A stretch of DNA of 64,000 nt from Paraspadella gotoi (Eukaryota > Animalia > Chaetognatha). How positions within the stretch are numbered: the stretch's first letter is position 1; each line of letters opens with the position of its first letter. This document shows positions 13,453 to 24,000 of this stretch, piece after piece. The stretch lies in the NCBI GenBank assembly GCA_051294375.1, contig CM119269.1:15697918-15761917 (forward strand). The letters run 5' to 3'. The notes beneath the pieces were generated by a model, which was not told the origin of the DNA, did no database searches, and saw nothing but the letters and a program-made list of their open reading frames with translations. Both the position numbers and the translations under genes were made by a program.

Positions 13453-15397
13453 TGTCATTATGGTGGACTAAAATCCACCAACCGTTCATCAGCGGCCATT
13501 GGTGCCGGAGGCAAGTCCTTCGCCTCCCAACCCAAAGGTCCGGGGTTCTAGCCCGGTGGTCGTCTGGCAGTTAAGAGGGACGGGGCGCTTAACCCGCCGA
13601 AGCTCAGGGACTGCTTATATTGAACGGTTCTGTCACTTACCGTCTCTAAATACCGAGGAATAACTCTGTCATCAGTTTTTAGTCAATTGTTTGAGCACTG
13701 TCTCTTGTTAAAATTTGTGCATTATCTTTTTTCAGATGACTTGCAATTTGGTTATAAGAAATCTCATTCTACTTCTCATGCAATGTTCACTCTACAAACC
13801 TGCATAGATTATTTTCATGTTCATGATTCGGGTGTTTACAGTACATTCATGGATTGTAGCAAGGGTTTCTGACAAAGTGAATCATTAGGTCTTTTTACTA
13901 AGCTTATAGATCGTGGAGTGCCATTATGTTTCTTAAAAATCTTGGTATACTGGTATAGCAACTTAAAAAGTAAATGTAGATGGAAAAGTACCATTAGTGA
14001 TTCATTTGTAGTGTCTTCTGGCGTACGCCAGAGGAGTCCTCAGTCCTTACTTATGGGCAGTATATGTCAACGATTAATTTTGGAACCTAAAAAAATCAGG
14101 TTATGGTTGTTACATAGGACATATTTTTGTAGCATGCATATTTTATGCAGACGATATAGCATTACTTTCACCAACGATAAGAAGTATGCAAGTCTTAATT
14201 GACATTTGTGCAAAATATGCAAAAGGATTTTTGTTTTACATTTAGTTTCAAAAAAACGAAAGATCATGTATTTTGGGAAGTGGCAAACATACAATTCCAA
14301 ATGATATACTTTTTCTCGATGGTAACTGTATCGATCTAGTTGAATAAGATGGACATATCTAGGTTCAACCTTAGTATGAAAGAGACAGCTTGTTTGAGCC
14401 AAGCAAATAATTGGTATCTTTTTTTTAGAATCAAGTAACTGTTTGATAAATGCCTTGTTAAAACCTTCAGAGGAATTAATTGATGAGAATGTATTATATC
14501 TAACTGTGTTCCGGTTCTCCTTTATGGTTGTGAAGTAAAAACTTTTTCTGTACGTAATATGAATAGACTTAATGTTGCTGTAAATGATGGTGTACGAAAA
14601 GATTTTTGGATATAATCGATGGGAAAGTGTGAGAGGAACTTAGGAGTAGTTTGGATACCACGACCTATCTACAATTTTTAAATAATCGTAAGAAAACCTT
14701 TATCTCAAAGATATATACAATGAAAAATACTGTTCTTCAGAAACTTGTTCCAATTTTTTACAACATAAGAACAATTTTTAATGTTTAAATTTTAATTAAT
14801 TATATTTTATTTGTGAATTAACTGTTTTTTTCTCTCTAATTTTATGTTTTTGGCTCTGTAGACTTAGTCTGTCTTTGTTGGTTTGGTTTGGTTATGATGG
14901 ATGATTGTACTGAATCAACCTCGTTGTATTCGAATAAAATCGCATACTAACACAACAATAATATACTTGTCTCTTCATTGGTAAGGTCCCGAGACTTCCG
15001 AACACAACAGCAACAACAACACTTTCAGGCGACATGCCTCAACCTGGCGATGCACTTTCCGCCCACAACACATCAGGCGACATGCCTCAACTTGGTGACG
15101 AACTTTCCACCAACAACAAATTCACTGAAGAGACGCAACAGACTTCTCCCTACGGAGGGGGATGTATGGTGGACTAAAATCACCAACCGTTCATCAGCGG
15201 CACATTGGTGCCGGAGGCAAGTCATTTGCCTCCCAACCCAAAGGTCCGGGGTTCTAGCCCGGTGGTCGTCTGGCAGTTAAGAGGGACGGAGCGCTTAACC
15301 CGCCTGTAACATGGTGTTCAAAGCCTGATCCGAAAGCATCAGACAACTGCTTATATTGAACGGTTCTGTCACTAACACAACAATAATTACATCTTCA
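13453..15397 (+). mobile_element. TRIM-like miniature LTR retroelement: 5' LTR (13453-14977, interrupted by a LINE), PBS (~14978-14997), 185-bp interior, PPT (15154-15162), 3' LTR (15163-15397)
   Basis: Two direct repeats start TG(T) and end TCTTCA. The first is followed immediately by TTGGTAAG..CCCGA (PBS-like TGG). The second is preceded immediately by GGAGGGGGA (PPT). A TATA-like CTTATATT and an AATAAT lie near the LTR 3' end. The TSD is only imperfect. Confidence 0.7.
13638..14945 (+). mobile_element. 5'-truncated non-LTR retrotransposon (LINE) reverse transcriptase fragment plus 3' UTR, frameshifted, inserted in the TRIM 5' LTR
   Basis: Stitched translation gives KYRGITLSSVFSQLFEHCLL..QFGYKKSHST..FMDCSKGFDKVNH..GVRQGGVLSP..FYADDIALL, i.e. 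canonical non-LTR RT motifs including YADD. It ends with AATAAA (cgaataaaat) just before the LTR sequence resumes. Confidence 0.9.
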
Positions 15398-15465
15398 TTC
15401 TTTCTAGTGTAACTCTGCAAATCGTTAATCCCTAATTACCTCACTTATTCTCCTTATTTTTTCAT

Positions 15466-15745
15466 CTCTTTCCTCTATTCCTCCACCTCCCTAACTTTTC
15501 TCATTCAACTTTCCACATCCTCTCCAATTATTTACTCTCCCTTTCCTCCTTTTCCTCTTACCTCTATTCCTCCACCTCCCTATCTTTTCTCATTCAACTT
15601 TCCACATCCTTTCCAATTATTTACTCTCACTTTCCTCCTTTTCCTCTTTCCTCTTTTCCACCTCCTACCTAACTTTTCTCATTCAAATTTCCACATCCTC
15701 TCTAATTATTTACTCTCCCTTTCCTCCCCTCCTTTTCCTCTTTTC
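15466..15745 (+). repeat. Pyrimidine-rich 89-bp minisatellite, ~3 units (second copy ~19483-19760)
   Basis: ccacatcct recurs at 15513, 15602 and 15691 (period 89). Confidence 0.85.
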
Positions 15746-17493
15746 ATGACTTCCTTCTTGCCAAAACCGATTGTCCAATTATCTCCCAAGTACAATTCCC
15801 AACGCACNNNNNNNNNNNNNNNNNNNNNNNNNACTCGCAGAGCAACTCTATAATCATATTTTAGTCGGTCAGTCGGTCTGTTTAGTACGCGTCGGCTAAA
15901 ACTTTCAAATATAAGAAGACGCTTGCGCCGCCTTCAGGGAAATCCTAAAACTATAGAGAAATAAAAGACGTATTCCCCATGGCAGTGCGTGTCATAAAAT
16001 ACAACGGTGCTAAGAAAGTATTTGTAGTCATGTAGTCAAAATAACGTCATGGTCCAGGGGTCATATCACGTATGCTCATGTCATGTCACGAGAAAATACA
16101 CGTGATAAGAACATTTGAATACCCGTTCTTGTTTAAAACAGATAATGACGTCATCCCTATCGTCTTTGTCGTTAGTAACTCGCAAGAGAAACATGCATAG
16201 TAACACGTTACTGAGTTACTAAATGTTCGTACTAATGTTTCGTTGCCCATCGTCTTCAATCAGTCGTCGCTCGTCGTCTCAGCGTCGTCAGAGTCGTTTT
16301 CCTGCAAAAAGAAAAGTAGGAAGCGAAATTCTGACATAAGATTTCCGGAGAAAATATATCGACAAGGAGTCTCGCACGGTCTGACCCTATTTTGAGTGAA
16401 CTCGAGCGCGTCGCCGCCTGTCACGAATGTCAGTCGATGCGGGCTAGCGTAGTCGCCTCAGTTCTCGACCACACAGATAACATAACTTACGCTAAACAGT
16501 TAACCGCAAGGCTTTTCTTTCTGTCCTCTTAATGGCAGAATATTTTTTATTTTGCTCCCATATTCAACTTTTTTTTTTGCCTCTTGTTCGACCGTTTACT
16601 GCTTTATCAGCTAATGTTGCGACCTTGTGTTAAAATCGATAAGCAAATGCTTGGGATGCTCTAACTTCGGTCTCTCTCCTCTCTCCTCAATCAGTACTCA
16701 TCACACAGACTATTCCATTCCGATACCTATTATCTTTACCAACTAGAGCGACAAATTTTAAAGTTTCCACAGTTAGTCGTTTGTACCTATGCTCCCAAAC
16801 CGGCGTCGCTCTCTCCACGACACTCCCACGCCCTGGTCCGCCAGTGCGTAGATCCTCGAGTGTGCGCTTTCTTCAATCTTTACGCACCGAAACGATCTCT
16901 TAGTAGGAAAGGAATGTCCCCTCGCGACGATAATTCCACCATAAAAAAGCGTCATCAAAGCAAAGATATAATTAGCATTGTGAATTATTTCCTAATTACT
17001 CAAGTTATAAATTACGTTTCCAGGCTCTCCTCTCTCTCTTCTCGTCTCTCTCTCTCTCTCTACCTTCTCTCTCCCCAAGAAAAATCAACCCGACTCGTCC
17101 GGGAGACTTTATTAGCTTTGGCCTACCGATTACCACTATTTCTCCATGAGGGGCTTTCATCCAACTTCCGCTTAATTATATTCGACTATCTTTTTTTCCG
17201 GACCTTTCTGTTACTCATATACCAATTTTTTTTTAACTTTTCCTTTTAACATTTTATCTCAACATTAAAATTTTTACTCTCTATTTGATAACTTAGTATG
17301 AGATTGGTTTAATCAGTTACCAGTTTATATTATTCATTGTATAAATTTAAATAAAAAGAGCGCTCCTTATTTTTTTGGTTTTTCACACTTAATTACTACT
17401 TAGGTCATTTCTCACATGTTTTTTCATTAAGTTTCGTATTTCCACCACCTTTCATATTTCTCTGCATTCTCCGTTTTCACTATTTCCTTTTTT

Positions 17494-19415
17494 TGTCATT
17501 ATGGTGGACTAAATCCACCAACCGTTCATCAGCTGCCATTGGTGCGGAGGCAAGTCCTTCGCCTCCCAACACCAAAGGTCCGGGGTTCTAGCCCGGTGGT
17601 CGTCTGGCAGTTAAGAGGGACGGGGCGCTTAACCCGCCGAAGCTCAGGGACTGCTTATATTGAACGGTTTCTGTCACTTACCGTCTCTAAATACCGAGGA
17701 AAACTCTGTCATCAGTTTTTAGTCATATTGTTTGAGCACTGTCTCTTGTTAAAATTTGTGCATTATCTTTTTTCAGATGACTTGCAATTTGGTTATTAAG
17801 AAATCTCATTCTACTTCTCATGCAATGTTCACTCTACAACCTGCATAGATTATTTTCATGTTCATGATTCGGGTGTTTACAGTACATTCATGGATTGTAG
17901 CAAGGGTTTTGACAAAGTGAATCATTATGGTCTTTTTACTAAGCTTATAGATCGTGGAGTGCCATTATGTTTCTTAAAAATCTTGGTATACTGGTATAGC
18001 AACTTAAAAAGTAAATGTAGATGGAAAAGTACCATTAGTGATTCATTTGTAGTGTCTTCTGGCGTACGCCAAGGAGGAGTCCTCAGTCCTTACTTATGGG
18101 CAGTATATGTCAACGATTTAATTTTGGAACTAAAAAAATCAGGTTATGGTTGTTACATAGGACATATTTTTTGTAGCATGCATATTTTATGCAGACGATA
18201 TAGCATTACTTTCCACAACGATAAGAAGTATGCAAGTCTTAATTGACATTTGTGCAAAAATATGCCAAAAAGGATTTTTTGTTTAGCAGTTTAGTTTTCA
18301 AAAAAACGAAAGATCAATGTATTTTGGGAAGTGGCAAACTACAATTCCAAATGATATACTTTTTCTCGATGGTAACTGTATGACTAGTTGAATAAATGGA
18401 CATATCTAGGGTTCAACCTTAGTATGAAAGAGACAGCTTGTTTGAGCCAAGCAAATAATTGGTATCTTTTTTAGAATCAAGTAAACTGTTTGATAAATGC
18501 CTTGTTAAAACCTTCAGAGGAATTATTGATGAAATGTATTATACTAACTGTGTTCCGGTTCTCCTTTTGGTTGTGAAGTAAAAATTTTTCTGTACGTAAT
18601 ATGAATAGACTTAATGTTGCTGTAAATGATGGTGTACGAAAGATTTTTGGATATAATCGATGGGAAAGTGTGAGAGAACTTAGGAGTATGTTTGGATACC
18701 ACGACCTATCTACAATTTTTAAATAATCGTAAGAAAACCTTTATCTCAAAGATATATACAATGAAAAATACTGTTCTTCAAGAACTTGTTCCAATTTTTT
18801 ACAACATAAGAACAATTTTTAATGTTTAAATTTTTAATTAATTAATTTTATTTTAATTAACTGTTTTTTCTCTCTATTTTAATGTTTTTGGCTTAGACTT
18901 AGTCTGTCTTTGTTTGTTTGTTTGGTTGATGATGATTGTACTGAATCAACCTCGTTGTATTCGAATTAAAATCGCATACTAACACAACAATAATTACTGT
19001 CTCTTCATTGGTAAGCCCGACTTCCGAACACAACAGCAACAACAACACTTTCAGGCGACATGCCTCAACCTGGCGATGCACTTTCCGCCCACAACACATC
19101 AGGCGACATGCCTCAACTTGGTGACGAACTTTCCACCAACAACAAATTCACTGAAGAGACGCAACGACTTCTCCCTACGGAGGGGGATGTATGGTGGACT
19201 TAAAATCACCAACCGTTCATCAGCGCCACTTGGTGCCGGAGGCAAGTCATTTGCCTCCCAACCCAAAGGTCCGGGGTTCTAGCCCGGTGGTCGTCTGGCA
19301 GTTAAGAGGGACGGAGCGCTTAACCCGCCTGTACATGGTGTTTAAGCCTGATCCGAAGCTCAGGGACTGCTTATATTGAACGGTTCTGTCACTACACAAC
19401 AATAATTACATCTCA
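17494..19415 (+). mobile_element. Duplicate copy of the TRIM-like element (5' LTR 17494-19007 with nested LINE, PBS from 19008, PPT 19179-19187, 3' LTR 19188-19415)
   Basis: Same architecture: ctcttca|ttggtaagcccgac ... ggaggggga|tgtatggtgg. Confidence 0.7.
17679..18977 (+). mobile_element. Duplicate copy of the truncated LINE RT fragment
   Basis: ORF 17890-18246 MDCSKGFDKVNHYGLFTKL..GVRQGGVLSPYLWAVYVNDL. YADD is present in a shifted frame (ttttatgcagacgat). Confidence 0.9.
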
Positions 19416-19874
19416 TTCTTTCTAGTGTAACTCTGCAAATCGTTAATCCCTAATTACCTCACTTATTCTCCTTATTTTTTCATCTCTTTCCTCTATTCCT
19501 CCACCTCCCTAACTTTTCTCATTCACTTTCCACATCCTCTCCAATTATTTACTCTCCCTTTCCTCCTTTCCTCTTACCTCTATTCCTCCACCTCCCTATC
19601 TTTTCTCATTCAACTTTCCACATCCTTTCCAATTATTTACTCTCACTTTCCTCCTTTTCCTCTTTCCTCTTTTCCACCTCCTACCTAACTTTTCTCATTC
19701 AAATTTCCACATCCTCTCTAATTATTTACTCTCCCTTTCCTCCCTCCTTTTCCTCTTTTCATGACTTCCTTCTTGCCAAACCGATTGTCCAATTATCTCC
19801 CAAGTACAATTCCCAACGCACAATTTTTTTTTATCCATTTCCTACTAGTGGAAAAGCGCTCTCTCTCTCACTTC

Positions 19875-19954
<80 letters not shown>

Positions 19955-20266
19955 CTCTCTCTCTCTCTCTCATATAATTTTTCCTCAATTTTTCTCTCCA
20001 TAAGTTTATTCAATTATATTTTCTGAATAATTTCGTCAACAATACAATGCCGACTTCCAGACAAGAGAATATAGAATGAAAAATAGACAGTTAAGATTAG
20101 GGGCTTTAGTTTAGAAAGGAAAGATTATTGAGAGATAAAGATAAAATGAGATAAGAGAGGGAAGAGGATAAAAGTTTACCACTCGGTAATGATGGAGGAT
20201 TCACGTGCGGCGATGCGTCATAACTCGAAATCCCTTGTATTCCGACCGCCACTGGAAATGATCTTG

Positions 20267-20303
<37 letters not shown>

Positions 20304-20531
20304 AAAAAAATAATAATTCAATAATGAAATCATGTCATTAAATATTTTCTAAAGTAATAATATTGGCTGGTAGGTACGTAACTCTATTCAATATTTAACG
20401 AGATATTTTTTCATTACAAAACTTTAACACCGTCGTTAATCAGTAGATGAAACAAGAACAAGATAAAGAAAAAAAAGGGAGAGAGAGAGCGAGACGAGAG
20501 CGAGAGTGAGAGAGAGAGAGACGAGAGAGAT

Positions 20532-20559
<28 letters not shown>

Positions 20560-20605
<46 letters not shown>

Positions 20606-20976
20606 TTGAGTGCAAGAAAAATAAGAGATGGGTCTAACGACGTCGTCGCCATTATCGACTGCCAGATTGACATTAAGAAACAAACCAGACGAGCGATAGT
20701 CGGCAGCCCGCGGCACCTCTTGCGCAGCCGCCCCGGACGCAACGAAGCGACCGCTCGGATGACTGATGCGATAACCTGGGGTCGGGAAGATCCGCGGACC
20801 CGCGAGGAAGATTAATAAAAAACAATGGATGTTGAAGATAAGAGAAGAGGCTAATGAAGAAAAAAGGCGTTAACAAGCGCGGCACAAAAGCGCGACACAC
20901 CACGCCGCCTTCCGTTATTCACTGAGGGGAGTTTTTAGTTACATCCATTGACGGGCTTTGTCTGTTTAATTGCCAC

Positions 20977-21043
<67 letters not shown>

Positions 21044-24000
21044 GGATGACCTATACAGTTAAATTTATTAATGAAATTGGTACAACCATATATTTTTATT
21101 AATCTCATTCATTTAGATAAATAAGCTATCTTGCCCCTATTTATTTATTTATTATTTATTAAGGAAGATGATGATCTCGACTGTAAAAGATTCTGCTTAA
21201 GTTCGAGTCTTGTGGTAACTACAGTAACGACCTTGTATGGATAATATCCATTGGATTATGTATATAATATATATATAAATATACACATATAAAACTCAAA
21301 AGGTAGATGGACCATTGACTGAAAAGCCGTCGAATTGAAAAATCTGATAACTCCTCCAACAAAACTTGGGCCGTTTTTTTTTCTGATAGTAGTTTTTGCG
21401 TATGTTTTATCTGTTTTTGTCGGTGCTTTTAATACGTTTCAAGAAGGAGATATTTAAAAGAGTTTTCCAAAGGCTACTGACCAAAAAGTCATTGCTCGGA
21501 CTTATTAGTTTATCAATAATTCTGTCGGTTCAACTTTTTTTCTGGTCGGCTTGTATCTCTGTCAGTGCGATGAGGATGAGGTTGGACGCGAGGAAAGGAA
21601 AAGAGGCGTAAGAAAGAGAAAATTATAGATGAGAAACAACAAACAAAAAAAACAAATAATAGAGGAGAGAATGCCAAGTGTTTCAGAGTTTCAGGATATG
21701 GAGTATGGAATGGCTCCATCTTTCTTACAAAATAAGGAAATTACTAACAAGAACGAAAAATCGCAAAAATTGTATTAACCTTGTGTTGTATAGATTGATG
21801 ATGAGGAGTGTTGTTGTTGGTGGTTGATGAATGGGGTGAGATGTGTAATCGGGAGGGGAGGGGGAAGAGAGATGCCGGGCGCGGGGGGGGGGGTGTGAGG
21901 GAAGTTGGTGTGTTTTTTTTGTGGTTTTTGAGTGTTGTTTTTTAGTTTTGCCAGTGGGGGCCCGGAGCACTAATATAAATACGAGCGTGATGAGGGCTCG
22001 CATTTTTTTTTTGTCTTTTTGTTTTTTTGTTTTTTTTTTTGTTATTTTTTGTGTTTTGTTTGTGTTTGTTGGGTTGGGTTGTGGTGTGTTTGGTTTGGTG
22101 GGTTGGTGTTAGTGAGGGCCGGGTGGGGCATGGTGGGTGGCACGGGGGGTGGGGGGAGTGGGGGGCGGGGGGTGTGAGAGGTGCGGTGGGGTCGCGGTGG
22201 AAGGGAGGGGTGGTGGGGGAGGGGGGAGAGGGGGTGAGGGTAGTGGGTGGAGAGGTGGGGGAGGGTTGGAGGGGGGTGGAGGGGGTGGGGGGGGGGGTGG
22301 TGGGGGGGTGTGGGGTGCTGGGGTTGGGATGTGAAGGGGGGCCGGGGGTGGTGGGTGTGGGAGGGTGGGTTGGAGGGAGGGGGAGGGGGTGGGGGATGGG
22401 GTGGTGGAGGGTGGGTGGGGGCGGGTGCGGGGGGGGGGTTGGATGGTGGGCGGGGGGGAGAGGGGGTGGGGGGCGGGGGGGGAGGGGATGGGGGGAGGGG
22501 GGGGGGGGGGGATGATGGGGGGGTGGAGGGTGGGCAGGGGCTGGGAGGGGGGAGGGGGGGGGGGGGGGGGGGGGGGTGGGGGGGGGTGCGCGAGTATTGA
22601 CGGTTTTTAAGAAGGAACCATAAGAGAGGGAACATTTTAGGAGGGAACTTGGAAAGAAGGTTGTTGAAATAGGAGGGGGGTGATGGGTGTGTGGGCGAGG
22701 GTGGAGGGGGGGTGGGGGGGGGGGGGGGGTGAAGTGGGAAGTAGGGAGGGGCGAAGTGGGCGTGGGGGGGTGGTGGTGGTGAGGGAGTGTGGGGGCGGGG
22801 GTAGGGAGGGGGGGGGGGGGGGGAGGGAGAGGGGGTGGTGTGGTGAGCGGGGGGCGGGGGGGAAGGGGGGGGTGGAAGAGAGGGGGAGGGGGGATGGCAG
22901 GTGGACGGGCTGGAGACCGTCAGCGGAGAGGAGGGGCGGGATGGTGCCGAAGGGTGGGGTGTGGGGGAGGTTGCTGTGAGGGCATGGGTTTAAGAGGGGG
23001 GGTGTAGATCTTGTCCACGATGGGTTCCGAGAGATTAGGTGTGAGGCCCTGGTAAGGGCGGGGGAGTTGGGAAGTGCTGACGTTTTAAGTTAAACCTGCG
23101 CTGGGGGGGGCCGATGGGGTGGGGGGGGTGGGGTAGGCGGATTGAACGGGCTGAGGGGGGGGGGAAGAATTAAGGTAACCGGAGTGGAGGGGCGGGATTT
23201 GGGAGAGGAGGAGGTATTTTGTGAAAGGGGTGGGAGGGAGGGGAGACGGGTGTGTGCGTTAGGGTGGGAGAGGGGGTGGTGGGTGAGGGAGGGGTTGGGG
23301 TGGGGGGGATGGGGAGTAGGGGGGCGGGTTATGTTGGACGTTTAAAGTTTTTTGTGTGTGGTGGAGAGTAGGGGGGGGGGAATGGGGAGGTGGGTGGGAA
23401 GGTGAGGGAGTAGGATCTGGGATACGTCTGTGGCAGAGAGCGGTGGGAACTGGGTGGGGGGTGGATGGTGGTGGGTGGGGTGGGGGTGGTTGCGATCATT
23501 TGGGGTGCAGGTGGGGGCTTAGGGGTGGGGAGGGTGGTAAAAAATTTCGGCTCGATGAGTTGGTTCCAGCAGGGAGTGGGTGTGGGCATGGGGCGGAGGG
23601 TAGGTTTTGGGGGCTGGGCTGGGGTGTGGCTGTTGGCTGCGGGGTAGTTGGATTGTTTTGGTTTGTGTGGGGTGTGGTGGTGGGTAGTATGATTGGGTGT
23701 GGGGTGGGGGGGGGGGTGGGGGTGTTGGGTAGGTGTGTGGCGGGTTGGGTTGGTTTTTGTGGTGGATTGTGGTTGGGTGTTGGTGGTAAGATCGACCGGT
23801 GGGAGGGGGGGAGTGGTGGGGGGGGGCGGGGGTGGACTTGGGGGGGCGGGGGGGGGTGGGCGGGTGGGATGCGTGTGGGTGGAGGGGGGGGGGGGGATGG
23901 AAGGGGCGTCGGATGGGTGTGGGGGGCGGGCCGGCAGGGGGGCAGGGAGAGGGAGGCGGGAATGGCAAAAGGTGTTCAGGTTAAGAGAGGCGTTCTAGGT

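Larger units (their letters stand above)
11916..19821. repeat. Tandem ~3.9 kb duplication (11916-15807 vs 15833-19821) across a 25-N gap
   Basis: Sequence after the gap restarts at actcgcagagcaactctataa (=11916). Both copies end caattcccaacgcac and contain the same TRIM+LINE and 89-bp minisatellite. Confidence 0.9.

Noticed and set aside
13492-13565. Functional tRNA-Gly gene
   Set aside because: Canonical D and anticodon arms do not form, the T-loop is non-canonical, there is no oligo-T terminator, and it is embedded in a dispersed repeat.
13453-15397. Autonomous LTR retrotransposon with its own RT
   Set aside because: The RT is non-LTR type, 5'-truncated, and interrupts the LTR itself. There is no gag, protease, RNase H or integrase.
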